64,000 nt of DNA from Thermoanaerobaculia bacterium (GTDB lineage: Bacteria; Acidobacteriota; Thermoanaerobaculia; Multivoradales; JAHEKO01), in NCBI GenBank assembly GCA_947259195.1, contig CAMYLC010000155.1, positions 16,899 through 80,898 of the forward strand, in the 5' to 3' direction. Shown here one piece after another: positions 29,690 through 39,104 of the stretch. The position numbers were made by a program, and so were the translations under genes. Numbering within the stretch: position 1 is the stretch's first letter; each line of letters opens with the position of its first letter. The notes below the pieces were generated by a model that did no database searches, was not told where the DNA came from, and saw only the letters and a program-made list of their open reading frames with translations.

Positions 29690-30498
29690 TAGATCCGGCC
29701 CTCCAATTCTCGGATCGCTCGGCCCACATGCCTGCCCGTCAAGTTGTCCACGCCAAGGACATAGCCGCAGAGCAGGGTCTTGTCACAGATTGCATTCACC
29801 AGACGGGGCACGCCTTTCGAATAGCTGTGAATTCTGCGCAAAGCCCACGTCGTAAAGGTCGGCTTGCCGTTGCTGCCCGCCACCTCGAGCCGATGCCTGA
29901 TGTACTCGGTCGTTTCATCGAGGGAGAGTGGTTTGAGGTGATAACGAATCGTGATGCGCTGGCGCAGTTGACGCAATTGCCGCGCGTCCAGCATCTCGCG
30001 CAGCTCGGGCTGGCCGATGAGCACGATCTGCAAGAGCTTTTGCTGGTCGGTCTCCAGGTTCGAAAGGAGGCGTACCTGCTCCATGAGATCGGGGCTCAAG
30101 TCCTGGGCCTCATCGATCACCAGCACGACGTCATTGCCCTCGTGCACCTGGTCCAGGAGGAAGCGATTCAAGGCCTCGAGCCAGGCCACTCGGTCGTTGC
30201 GAGGCAACTTCTGTTTCAGCTCGGTGAGAATCGTCCGCAGCATTTGTGGTCCGGTCATGCAGGGGTTCAGAATCAGTGCCGTTTGATAGCCTGGTCCGAG
30301 CTCCTCGAGCAGAGCTCTGCAAATGGTTGTCTTGCCAGTACCCACCTCGCCGGTGATCTGGATGAAGCCTTTGCGCTGCTGAATACCGAACAGCAGATGG
30401 TCTAGAGCCTCGCGATGCTTCGGGCTCAGGAAGAGGAAGCGGGGATCTGGAGTGATGCTGAAAGGCGACTCGTAGAACCCGTAGAACTGCTCGTACAT
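29689..30498 (-). CDS. ExeA/GspA-like AAA+ ATPase (AAA_22 type)
   Basis: MYEQFYGFYESPFSITPDPRFLFLSPKHREAL...ITGEVGTGKTT (Walker A) and VLVIDEAQ (Walker B). At 269 aa it has no peptidoglycan-binding C-terminal domain. Confidence 0.8.
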   Translation of the reverse strand: MYEQFYGFYESPFSITPDPRFLFLSPKHREALDHLLFGIQQRKGFIQITGEVGTGKTTICRALLEELGPGYQTALILNPCMTGPQMLRTILTELKQKLPRNDRVAWLEALNRFLLDQVHEGNDVVLVIDEAQDLSPDLMEQVRLLSNLETDQQKLLQIVLIGQPELREMLDARQLRQLRQRITIRYHLKPLSLDETTEYIRHRLEVAGSNGKPTFTTWALRRIHSYSKGVPRLVNAICDKTLLCGYVLGVDNLTGRHVGRAIRELEGRI

Positions 30499-30642
30499 GC
30501 CTTAGTCCGATGTGGAGTCGCCCTCAGTGCTGTCCGCTAGTCTAGCACTCAAGCGTGGCGTGCTACGCTCTCGACCTCGGGGGCGGGCAGCTGCTCGGCC
30601 AGAGCGAGAGGTCCCATCAATCCAGGGAGGAGAGGTGCAATC

Positions 30643-31257
30643 GTGTCGTCAAGGAAATCGGCGCTGAGCATTCGGAAGACTCGCCTTGAAAAGATGTTTG
30701 TGCTGTCTCTGGCGCTACTCTTTGGAGGTCTTTTCCTAGACGTCGCGACGCTAGGCGCAGCGCAGGAGAAGCAATCCCACGCGGCCGAGGCCGGCGCGAG
30801 TGATCCGGAGGGCAGGCTGGACGAATTGGGCATCGTATTGCCGGAACCTACCGCGCCGGTGGCGAACTACGTCAAGGCGGTCCGCTCGGGTAATCTGGTC
30901 TTTCTGTCCGGTCACGGGCCCTACCGCAGTGATGGGACGCTGGTCACGGGCAAGCTCGGAAGGGACCTGACAATCGAAGAGGGTTATGAGGCCGCGAGGC
31001 TCACAGGCATCGCGCTGCTGTCCTCTCTGAAGCGTGAGATCGGAGACCTCGGCAGGGTGCAACGAATCGTCAAGGTCTTTGGCATGGTCAATGTCGATCC
31101 ATCGTTCACGGACATGCCAAAGGTCATCAACGGTTGCTCGGATCTGATGGTGGAGATTTTCGGTGAGCATGGTCGGCACGCTCGGGCTGCTGTCGGTATG
31201 GCTTCACTGCCAGTCGGCATTGCCGTCGAGATCGATATGGTGGTCGAGGTCGAGTAG
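30643..31257 (+). CDS. RidA/YjgF family protein with an N-terminal signal or anchor
   Basis: GTG start with GGGAGGAGAGG upstream. Core NYVKAVRSGNLVFLSGHGP...ARAAVGMASLPVGIAVEIDMVVEV is typical of RidA. Confidence 0.8.
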   Translation: MSSRKSALSIRKTRLEKMFVLSLALLFGGLFLDVATLGAAQEKQSHAAEAGASDPEGRLDELGIVLPEPTAPVANYVKAVRSGNLVFLSGHGPYRSDGTLVTGKLGRDLTIEEGYEAARLTGIALLSSLKREIGDLGRVQRIVKVFGMVNVDPSFTDMPKVINGCSDLMVEIFGEHGRHARAAVGMASLPVGIAVEIDMVVEVE

Positions 31258-31305
31258 GGCCTGGAAAGAACGGCTGAGCCTGGCATTGGGGGGAGGAGAG
31301 ATTCC

Positions 31306-32694
31306 ATGAAGATGAGGGATTGCCGGAGAGTGGTAGTCGGGGGTGCCATGAGTGCCATGGCGATGGCTATTGTCGTACCCAACGTGGCCCGCGCGGGCGA
31401 AGTCGTGGAGCAGGGTAGAAGCGTCGATGGGCCCGGTGCGGTGCTGAGCCAGCGGCAGCGGCCCGAGCCGGTCAATCGGGCTCTCGAGGAGCGCCTGGTG
31501 GATCTCTTACCTCGTCTCATGAGAGAGGTCGGGCTGGACATGTGGCTGGTGATCAACCGGGAGTACGCCGAAGATCCCGTCTACCTCACTCTCGTGCCGG
31601 AGCCGGTCTTCGCGGCGCGGCGCACGACCATGCTGGTGTTTCATGATCGTGGTGACGAGGAGGGGATCGAGCGCTTGACCGTCAGTCGTTACCCGCTCGG
31701 GGAGCTCTACGAAGCGGCCTGGGAGGGCGGTGATCTCGACGAGCAGTGGGTGCGGCTGGCCGAGGTCATCGCAGAACGCAATCCTCAGCGAATCGGTATC
31801 AACGTGAGTCGGCACTGGCCGGTGGCCGATGGGCTGACAGCATCACTTCGGGACCGACTGGAGGAGTCCCTGGGTAGAGACCTTGTCGAGAGACTGGTCA
31901 GTGCCGAGGCTCTGGCGATCCGCTGGCTCGAAACCAGGTCTTCTGTCGAGCAGGAGAGCTATCCCCATATCGTTGCCCTTGCCCGCGGCGTCATTTCGGA
32001 GGCCTTTTCGAACCGCGTCATCACCCCCGGGGTGACGACCACGGAGGATGTTGCCTGGTATATCCGACAGCGTTTCGCCGATCTGGACCTGCCAGCCTGG
32101 TTCATGCCCGATGTTGACATTCAGCGCCTGGGAACGGAATGCGAGGAAGGCTCGCCCTTCTGCGGCGACACCGATGTGGTGATTCAGCGCGGCGACATTC
32201 TGCACACGGATGTGGGTGTCTGCTATCTACGACTGTGCACCGACACCCAGGAGATGGGGTACGTACTGCGCCAGGGCGAGGAGGAAGCGCCGGGCGAGTT
32301 GCAACGAGCCCTGGAGGCAGGTAATCGCTGGCAGGATCTGCTGACAGACGAGTTTCAGGAGGGTCGAACGGGTAACGAGACTCTGGCAGCGGCCCGAACC
32401 GCAGCCGAGCAGGCCGGAATCGCGGTCAGCGTCTACAGCCATCCGATCGGCTTCTTTGGCCATGCGCCGGGTCCGACGATTGGTATGTGGGACAACCAGG
32501 GAGATACTCCCGTCAGGGGCGATTGGAAGTTGCACGCTGATACGGCCTACGCAATCGAGGGCAACAATATGGTTCAGCTCTCTGCGTGGGGCGGGCAGTG
32601 GGTACAGATCAAACTCGAGCAAAGCGCATTGTTCGATGGACAGAAGGTGCAGTACCTGGCTGGCCGTCAAACAGACTGGCACCTGGTTCACTAG
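31306..32694 (+). CDS. M24 family metallopeptidase (Xaa-Pro aminopeptidase-like), secreted
   Basis: Signal-like N-terminus. Pita-bread-type blocks (VIQRGDILHTDVGVCY, VYSHPIGFFGH, AYAIEGN). Assignment by eye only. Confidence 0.65.
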   Translation: MKMRDCRRVVVGGAMSAMAMAIVVPNVARAGEVVEQGRSVDGPGAVLSQRQRPEPVNRALEERLVDLLPRLMREVGLDMWLVINREYAEDPVYLTLVPEPVFAARRTTMLVFHDRGDEEGIERLTVSRYPLGELYEAAWEGGDLDEQWVRLAEVIAERNPQRIGINVSRHWPVADGLTASLRDRLEESLGRDLVERLVSAEALAIRWLETRSSVEQESYPHIVALARGVISEAFSNRVITPGVTTTEDVAWYIRQRFADLDLPAWFMPDVDIQRLGTECEEGSPFCGDTDVVIQRGDILHTDVGVCYLRLCTDTQEMGYVLRQGEEEAPGELQRALEAGNRWQDLLTDEFQEGRTGNETLAAARTAAEQAGIAVSVYSHPIGFFGHAPGPTIGMWDNQGDTPVRGDWKLHADTAYAIEGNNMVQLSAWGGQWVQIKLEQSALFDGQKVQYLAGRQTDWHLVH

Positions 32695-32771
32695 GTGACG
32701 GGTGCTGTAGCGCGAACGAATCGCCGGGAACGAGTCGGTAGAATCGTCGGCAGGACAGGGCTCGCAATCCC

Positions 32772-35006
32772 ATGACTGAAGAAAAGCCACCTAGCGAGAG
32801 CTCTCGAGGGCGCCAACCTCCTCGGGAGATGTGGGATCTTCCCCTTCGCGGCGACGAGCGTCCACCTCCCGGTCTCGGCCTCACCGAGGAAGAACATGTC
32901 GCGGCGCGGGAAGCCGAACCGCCGCCTCGTCGCCGCAGAACCGTCCAGGATCGCAGGGCGCTCCGGCGCAAGATCGTGGTGGCCCTGATCCTCCTGCTTC
33001 TCCTCGGAGCGATCGCCTATCTTCTCTTCTGGCCTGCGCCACCGAAGGCAGTCTTCCACCCCGCACCTATGAGTATGGGACAGCAGAGAGTCGGATTCTC
33101 CAGCGAAATCCAGGTTCTCTCCATCACCAACGAAGGTGAGCGCCCCATGCCGGTATCGGGTCTGCTCGTCCGAGGGCCATCGGCTGGGGAGTTCGAGGTG
33201 GTGTCAGAGGACTGCAGCGCACGTCAACTGGCGGCGTTGGCAAGCTGCAAGGTCGAGCTCAGGCTGACGCCGAGCGCTGTGGGCTCCAGGGAGGCCGTAG
33301 CCGAGTTGCAGGGGGACTTCCGACAGGCACCCGTCAGTGTGGCCGTCAGAGGAATCGGAATCGCGCCTATGCTCCAGGTGAGCGCCGAAGAGATCACTTT
33401 TGGCAGCGGCGATGTCGGTTCGACGAGCTCTGCCTCGACGGTCACGGTTTCCAACGGAGGCACTGCTCCCTTGGCCATCGGAGCTGTCGACTTGCAGGGC
33501 GCCTCGAGAGGCGATTTCCGGCGGCAACGGGACGGCTGCACTTCGGTGACGCTCCAGCCGGGAGAAGAATGCAGCTTTCGTGTGGTCTTCTCGCCGCGAG
33601 CTGCAGGGCGACGCTCGGCCGAGGTGTCTTTCAAGAGCGATTCACTCGGCGCCGCACCTGTAATTCGCCTCGAAGGCAAAGGAGAGTGGACCGGCCCGGC
33701 GCTGGCCTTGAGTCGCGAGTCCCTGGACTTCGGCGATCGGCTGGTCGGCAGCGCTGCCGAGACACTCTCGGTCGAGGTGACGAATCGGCATGATACTGCG
33801 GTCTCGGGGTTGTCGATCAGGCTGCTCGAGGATTCGAGGGTGTTCTCGATCGTTCGTCAGACCTGCAGCGGTCGGGCCATTGCACCCGGAGAGGCCTGCA
33901 AGATCGAGGTCAGCTTCCAGGTTGTCGAGGAGGGCCTGTCTGCCTCGACTCTGGCGATCGGCCAGGAGGCGGGTACCCTGCAGGTGGAGCTCACGGGTAG
34001 GGGAGTAGCGCCTCGGCTGGCCCTGGAGAGCGGGGAGTTGGAATTTGGTTCCGTACTTGTCGGTGAGGAGACCAGTCGTCAGAAGATAGTCGTCACCAAC
34101 GAAGGTACGGCATCGGCCGAGCTCGAGGTTGTTGTTCTCGATGGCCAGGATGCGGCGGCTTTCAGTAAACAGGGTGACGGCTGTTCGCAGAAAATCTTGC
34201 GGCAGGGAGATCGATGTGCGCTGGAGATCGAATTCCGGCCCCGCCGTGAGGGCGGGCATCAGGCAGAGGTGGTGTTTGGAGCTGCGGAGCTGCGCGACGT
34301 CGAACGAGCCCTGCTCAGTGGATCCGGCGCCGCCTCGCGGCTGACGCTGAATCTGGAGATGGTGGAGTTCGGCAACGTCCGACGAACCACCTCCAAGGAC
34401 GTCCACTTGACGGCTTCGAATCCGGGCACAGCCAATTTGGGGATCCGCGGCGCCAGGGTGGTGACCGAGGTGGCGAGCGACTTTCGGCTGCTGGGAGGTT
34501 CCTGTCTGCCGGAAGCAGAGGTGCCGCCAGGGGCGACCTGCACACTTAGCCTGCGCTTCATCCCCGGCACCGAGGGTCGTCTGACGGGTACGCTCGAGCT
34601 CGAGCACGACGGTTTGACGGGTCCGCGTCGAGTGCCGCTGGCAGGGACAGGGCTGCCGCCGCCGACTCCACAGATCAGGGTCCGCCCCCGAGAGCTCGAT
34701 TTCGGACCGCAACCGGTAGGCCAGCGGTCGATGATCTTCACGGTGACGATCAGGAATGAGGGAACCGGAGGTCTGGAGTTCAGTGGCTTCGATCTGATCG
34801 GTCCGGGGCGTGACGATTTCCAGATCGTGCCGGCGACCTGTCAGGCTGTCCCGACAATTCTCGCCGGTAGCGACTGCACGGTCGGCGTGCGCTTCGTGCC
34901 CTCCTCTGCCGGATCGCGGCGGGCTACCTTGGAAGTGAGGAGCAATGCCTACGCTGGCGAAAGCACTGTGGAGCTTGTCGGCAGCGGCATGGGTGGTGGG
35001 GGATAG
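32772..35006 (+). CDS. type II membrane-anchored surface protein with six choice-of-anchor-D/ASH-like repeats
   Basis: About 70-aa Pro/Arg-rich N-terminus, then a TM helix (IVVALILLLLLGAIAYLLFW). Six repeats of about 105 aa follow, each with L-x-F-G...V-T-N-x-G...C-x(9-13)-C...F-x-P and ending G-x-G. Confidence 0.7.
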   Translation: MTEEKPPSESSRGRQPPREMWDLPLRGDERPPPGLGLTEEEHVAAREAEPPPRRRRTVQDRRALRRKIVVALILLLLLGAIAYLLFWPAPPKAVFHPAPMSMGQQRVGFSSEIQVLSITNEGERPMPVSGLLVRGPSAGEFEVVSEDCSARQLAALASCKVELRLTPSAVGSREAVAELQGDFRQAPVSVAVRGIGIAPMLQVSAEEITFGSGDVGSTSSASTVTVSNGGTAPLAIGAVDLQGASRGDFRRQRDGCTSVTLQPGEECSFRVVFSPRAAGRRSAEVSFKSDSLGAAPVIRLEGKGEWTGPALALSRESLDFGDRLVGSAAETLSVEVTNRHDTAVSGLSIRLLEDSRVFSIVRQTCSGRAIAPGEACKIEVSFQVVEEGLSASTLAIGQEAGTLQVELTGRGVAPRLALESGELEFGSVLVGEETSRQKIVVTNEGTASAELEVVVLDGQDAAAFSKQGDGCSQKILRQGDRCALEIEFRPRREGGHQAEVVFGAAELRDVERALLSGSGAASRLTLNLEMVEFGNVRRTTSKDVHLTASNPGTANLGIRGARVVTEVASDFRLLGGSCLPEAEVPPGATCTLSLRFIPGTEGRLTGTLELEHDGLTGPRRVPLAGTGLPPPTPQIRVRPRELDFGPQPVGQRSMIFTVTIRNEGTGGLEFSGFDLIGPGRDDFQIVPATCQAVPTILAGSDCTVGVRFVPSSAGSRRATLEVRSNAYAGESTVELVGSGMGGGG

Positions 35007-35014
35007 CCGGTTCC

Positions 35015-36106
35015 CTATCGGCTGTCGAGCAGATCCAGCAGCAAGCCGGCCGCCTGTTGGGAGCCTTGCTGCTCTCCGGTGGGTGCTCGACGTTTGCGTT
35101 TCAGCTCAGGCAAGAGGCCTGGCCACTCGGCTGCCTCGAGCTCGGGTTCGGTGATTTCCTCACAGACCAGCCGCCGCCTGGCGTAGTTGGCCAGGGCCGG
35201 AGATTCGGGAAAGCGGGGTCGTTGAATGAAGAGGTAGGGAGTCTCTGCCTGGATGACTTCCGCCAAGGTGCTGTACCCGAGCTTGCCCACCACCATGTCG
35301 GCTGCGGCTACGAGATCGGCGTGCTGAAACGTGGTTCGGTGGGGCAGGCGGATCAGATTACGCTCCCTGTGGACGCGGTCAGCCGCTCCGGGAATGACGA
35401 ACGTGACCTCTGGATATCGATAGAGGCGTTCGAGGAACCGGTAATTGAACGGGAACCCTCCCATGGTCAGCAGGACGAAGGATGAGTCGCCAAGCAGCTG
35501 CAACCTGGTGCGAATCTCTTGGGCCGACTGGCGGACTGATCGGCTGATGGGAGAGACCTGGGCCGCCCCCGTCACCGGTTCGCAATAGGGTTGGGCCTGT
35601 ATCCTCAGGGGTACCGACGAATAGAGCCGGTGCAGCTCGTCGATGAAGAAGGCAAGTCGCGGCGCGTCTTCGAGGTAGGCGCGATAGATCCAGTCCCAGG
35701 TGAAGTTCTCGATCAGGGCGCAGGGCAGGCCGAGCTTGGCGGCCACCGCGATACCGAGCGGTGAGATGTCGCTCACGACGAGGCGACATCCGAAGCTTCG
35801 AACGTCTTCTGCAGCTCGCTCGACTGACTCCTCTCGCAGCGGCAGGAAATTCGATAGCTCACCGAGGGTAGCCGGAAGATCCTCGTCCATTGGGGTGGCC
35901 TGTACAAGACCTACGTCGGTATGGCACTCCACGTAGTCGAACGGAGCGGTCATCGAATCCTCGAAGAACCATCTGGGGACACCTGTGAAGATAGACAGGT
36001 GGGTCTCTTGACTCCGGTCATGGATGGACTGCATGACAGCAGCGGAACGAGCAGCGTGCCCGAAACCATGCGAGGAGACGAAGTAAGCGATCGGTGCCGG
36101 GGTCAT
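35015..36106 (-). CDS. GT-B fold glycosyltransferase-like protein
   Basis: N-terminal IAYFVSSHGFGHAARSAAV (Gly-rich loop typical of GT1/GT28-like enzymes) and C-terminal VVGKLGYSTLAE. Start placed at ATG 36106. The track's GTG 36157 start overlaps the csp terminator hairpin. Confidence 0.55.
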   Translation of the reverse strand: MTPAPIAYFVSSHGFGHAARSAAVMQSIHDRSQETHLSIFTGVPRWFFEDSMTAPFDYVECHTDVGLVQATPMDEDLPATLGELSNFLPLREESVERAAEDVRSFGCRLVVSDISPLGIAVAAKLGLPCALIENFTWDWIYRAYLEDAPRLAFFIDELHRLYSSVPLRIQAQPYCEPVTGAAQVSPISRSVRQSAQEIRTRLQLLGDSSFVLLTMGGFPFNYRFLERLYRYPEVTFVIPGAADRVHRERNLIRLPHRTTFQHADLVAAADMVVGKLGYSTLAEVIQAETPYLFIQRPRFPESPALANYARRRLVCEEITEPELEAAEWPGLLPELKRKRRAPTGEQQGSQQAAGLLLDLLDSR

Positions 36107-36150
36107 ATGGGTATTTTGATCCCTGACGGCAAGCTCGGCAGAAAGGTCGA

Positions 36151-36177
36151 GGGCCACCCCGAATCACGAGGTGGCCC
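36151..36177 (-). terminator. putative terminator hairpin downstream of the cold-shock gene
   Basis: GGGCCACC (36151-36158) pairs perfectly with GGTGGCCC (36170-36177) around an 11-nt loop. Lies 29 nt downstream of the csp stop on the minus strand. Confidence 0.5.
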
Positions 36178-36205
36178 TGATCTGAGGTTCTCTTGGCTCC
36201 GGGAC

Positions 36206-36418
36206 TCAGTCACCGAGCCGGATCACGTTTCGAGCCGCCGGCCCCTTGTCTCCTGCAACGATCTCGAACTGAACCCTCTCGCCTTCGACGAGCGTCCGAA
36301 AACCCTCGGAGTTGATGGCAGTATGGTGCACGAAGCAGTCATTTTGCCCGTCTTCGGGTGTGATGAAGCCGAAACCCTTGGCGTCGTTGAACCATTTCAC
36401 TTTTCCATAGATCGTCAC
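36206..36418 (-). CDS. cspA: cold-shock protein (CspA family)
   Basis: [33 protein letters not shown] contains the RNP1 (KGFGFI) and RNP2 (VFVHH-like) motifs. 70 aa. Confidence 0.95.
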   Translation of the reverse strand: MTIYGKVKWFNDAKGFGFITPEDGQNDCFVHHTAINSEGFRTLVEGERVQFEIVAGDKGPAARNVIRLGD

Positions 36419-36790
36419 GTTGCTCCTCCTGAATTGTGCTGTCCCGCAGTACTGTTCGGATACTGAATCGCGCTGGCGAACTATCCTCTGATCCTTGTGG
36501 GTCCGGGCCTTCCTTCCTCTGGTGACCTGGGAGACAGATCTCGGGTCAAAAGAGGAGCCGTCTGGTCAACGAATGCTGCTGGCGCTGGCTGTGATCCACG
36601 GAATTGGGTACGGGAGATAGGTGCCGGCCGAAGCGGTTGAATGTCGCTCTGCGAGCCTACCAGAAGGTGCGACGCCAGTCGATCCTGTAGTCGGCGTGCT
36701 GGCAGAGACCTACCATCGAGGCCAGGTTGTGCTCTGGTATTCTGCCGCGAGAGGTGGCTCGGTTCAGTCGATGTCATTCACTAGCAGATC

Positions 36791-39031
36791 ATGACTCTCG
36801 AAGTTCTAAGAGGTGTGGCGGAGCGGGCCGTCGAAGAGCGTCGGCATCAGCTACTCGAGCCGGAAGGCTTCGAGCTGCTGCGCATTCTCGGTATTCCCTG
36901 CCCCTGCTTCGAAGTGGTCTCCGGTCCGGACGAGATCGGTGAGGAGCTCCTGGCCAAGCTACCCGGGGACAGGGTGGTCTTGAAAGGAATCGCCGTCGAG
37001 TTGCTCCACAAGAGTGAGGTCGGAGGTGTGCAAGTCGTACCGAAAAATCGCCAGCAGGTCGCGGCGGCCGCTGACGCGATGACACTCTTGATGAGCGGTC
37101 TCGATCTGCGAGGAATCCTGATTCAGGAGTTTGTTGCCTACGAAGCCGAGCCAGGCAGCGAGGCTCTGTTGAGCTTGCGTTGGGATCGAGAGTTCGGAGC
37201 TGTCGTGACCTTCGGCATCGGCGGTATTCATGCCGAGACGTTGACGGCGGCCCTGCGCGAAGAAGCGGCACTCGCGATCTTCGCTCCCGAGCTTCGAGAT
37301 CGTGCCCAGATCGGCCAGCAGATCTCGCAACTGTTGGTGACAGAACTGATGACGCGGGCTCAGCGGGGAAGGCCGACCCGCATTGCCATGGAGCACCTCG
37401 AGGAGGTGGTGAGTCGATTCGCCGCTGCGGCCCCGCTGCTCACGTCCGGGATTCTGGACGAGATCGAGATCAATCCTCTTGTCGCTCGGAGCGGCCGCCT
37501 GGTGGCACTGGATGTCCTCGCAAGGCTCTCGGTAGATCGGCCACAGCCGATGCTGGACCGTCCCCTCGACAAGCTCGATCGACTGTTGCGGCCCAGGTCA
37601 ATTGCCCTCATCGGAGTGGCGGAGCGGCTCAACGCGGGGCGTCTTATCCTCAGGAATCTGCTCAGGGGGGGGTTCGATCCTGAGAATGTGGTGGTGGTCA
37701 AACCGGGACGGGAGTCCATCGACGGATGCAAGTGCTACGGAGACATCGCCTCGCTGCCGAAATCCGTGGATCTTCTGATCGTCAGCGTGGGCGCCGAGCA
37801 GGTGCCCGCAGTCGTGCAGGAGACTGTCGAGTATCGCAAAGCCGAGACGCTGATCCTGATTCCTGGTGGGCTCGAGGAGAAGACCGGCTCTGAGCACATC
37901 AGCGACGCGATTCGACGAAGTCTCGCCGTGGGCCGGGCGGCCGAATGGCGCGGACCCCTTGTCAACGGCGGGAACTGCCTCGGAGTGCGGTCCCAGCCGG
38001 GGCGGTATGACACGTTCTTCTTGCAGGACTACAAGCTACCGCCACTCGGGCAGGACGAGGGCAACGTGGCGCTCCTGGCCCAGAGCGGCGCCTTCCTCGC
38101 CTCCAAGACGAGCAAGCTTCAGCAGCTTCGCGTGCGCTACGCGATCTCGATTGGCAATCAGATAGATCTGACGCTCGGTGACTATCTGTCCTATCTGCTG
38201 GATGACGATCGAGTCGACCTGTTTGGCGTCTATGTCGAGGGCTTCCGGGACCTCGATGGCAGGAAGTTCCTGGCGGCCGCACGTCGGATCACGGGCAGCG
38301 GCAGGGGGATTGTGCTCTATCGGGCCGGTCGCAGTCGCTCAGGGGTGGCAGCTGCGGCCAGTCACACCGCGGCCATGGCCGGCAGCTACCGCGTTACCAG
38401 GGCGCTGGCGCGCACTGCCGGAGCCCAGGTCGTAGACACTCTCCAGGACTTCGAGGACCTGCTGCTGCTGAACTCGCGATTCGCAGGCAGATCCGTGGGA
38501 GCCCGACGGATCGGCGCGGTCTCCAATGCCGGCTACGAATGTGTTGCTTTTTGGGATGGCCTCGAGGGCCTAGAGCCAGCTCGGTTCTCTCCACAGACCT
38601 GCCTGGACTTGTCGGAGGTCTTCCGCATGAGTCGCATCGATGGGGTCGTGGACGTCCGAAATCCTCTCGATTTGACGCCGATAGTGCAGGACGCCCAGTT
38701 CGAAGAGGCGGTACGGCTCGTGTTGCGGGATCCGGGGGTCGACGTCGGTGTCGTCGGGTGCGTGCCGCTGACTGGAGCCCTGAATACCCTTGCCGAGTCG
38801 AGGGACCACGACGAGAACGTGGAGAGCCAGACCTCCATCGCGTCCAGGTTGGTAGAGCTCTGGCGCCAGACAAGCAAACCCTGGGTGGCAGTCGTCGATG
38901 CAGGTCCTGCCTACGACACAATGGAGAGAGTGCTGTCCGATGGCGGGGTACCGGTCTTTCGCACTGCGGACAGGGCCGTCCGTCTGCTGGAGCTGTATTG
39001 CACCCACTCTCATGCTGTGGGCCGGCGATAG
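36791..39031 (+). CDS. ADP-forming acyl-CoA synthetase family protein (acetate--CoA ligase-like) with the ATP-grasp domain at the N-terminus
   Basis: N-terminal ATP-grasp block (VVLKGIAVELLHKSEVGGVQVV). It is followed by the CoA-binding block (PRSIALIGVAERLNAGRLILRNLL) and the phosphohistidine loop (AASHTAAMAGS). Confidence 0.8.
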   Translation: MTLEVLRGVAERAVEERRHQLLEPEGFELLRILGIPCPCFEVVSGPDEIGEELLAKLPGDRVVLKGIAVELLHKSEVGGVQVVPKNRQQVAAAADAMTLLMSGLDLRGILIQEFVAYEAEPGSEALLSLRWDREFGAVVTFGIGGIHAETLTAALREEAALAIFAPELRDRAQIGQQISQLLVTELMTRAQRGRPTRIAMEHLEEVVSRFAAAAPLLTSGILDEIEINPLVARSGRLVALDVLARLSVDRPQPMLDRPLDKLDRLLRPRSIALIGVAERLNAGRLILRNLLRGGFDPENVVVVKPGRESIDGCKCYGDIASLPKSVDLLIVSVGAEQVPAVVQETVEYRKAETLILIPGGLEEKTGSEHISDAIRRSLAVGRAAEWRGPLVNGGNCLGVRSQPGRYDTFFLQDYKLPPLGQDEGNVALLAQSGAFLASKTSKLQQLRVRYAISIGNQIDLTLGDYLSYLLDDDRVDLFGVYVEGFRDLDGRKFLAAARRITGSGRGIVLYRAGRSRSGVAAAASHTAAMAGSYRVTRALARTAGAQVVDTLQDFEDLLLLNSRFAGRSVGARRIGAVSNAGYECVAFWDGLEGLEPARFSPQTCLDLSEVFRMSRIDGVVDVRNPLDLTPIVQDAQFEEAVRLVLRDPGVDVGVVGCVPLTGALNTLAESRDHDENVESQTSIASRLVELWRQTSKPWVAVVDAGPAYDTMERVLSDGGVPVFRTADRAVRLLELYCTHSHAVGRR

Positions 39032-39104
39032 CCGGTTGCAATTGCGGGCGGCGATCTGCTTGTCTCCTCCGACAGGGGGGAGGTGAATCAGCAGCCAAGA
39101 TCGA

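Noticed and set aside
29689-30498. The ExeA-like AAA_22 ATPase as a TniB-like transposition protein of a Tn7-like element.
   Set aside because: No TnsA, TnsB or TniQ genes and no element ends are present. It is coupled by a 1-nt overlap to a GspB-like protein instead.
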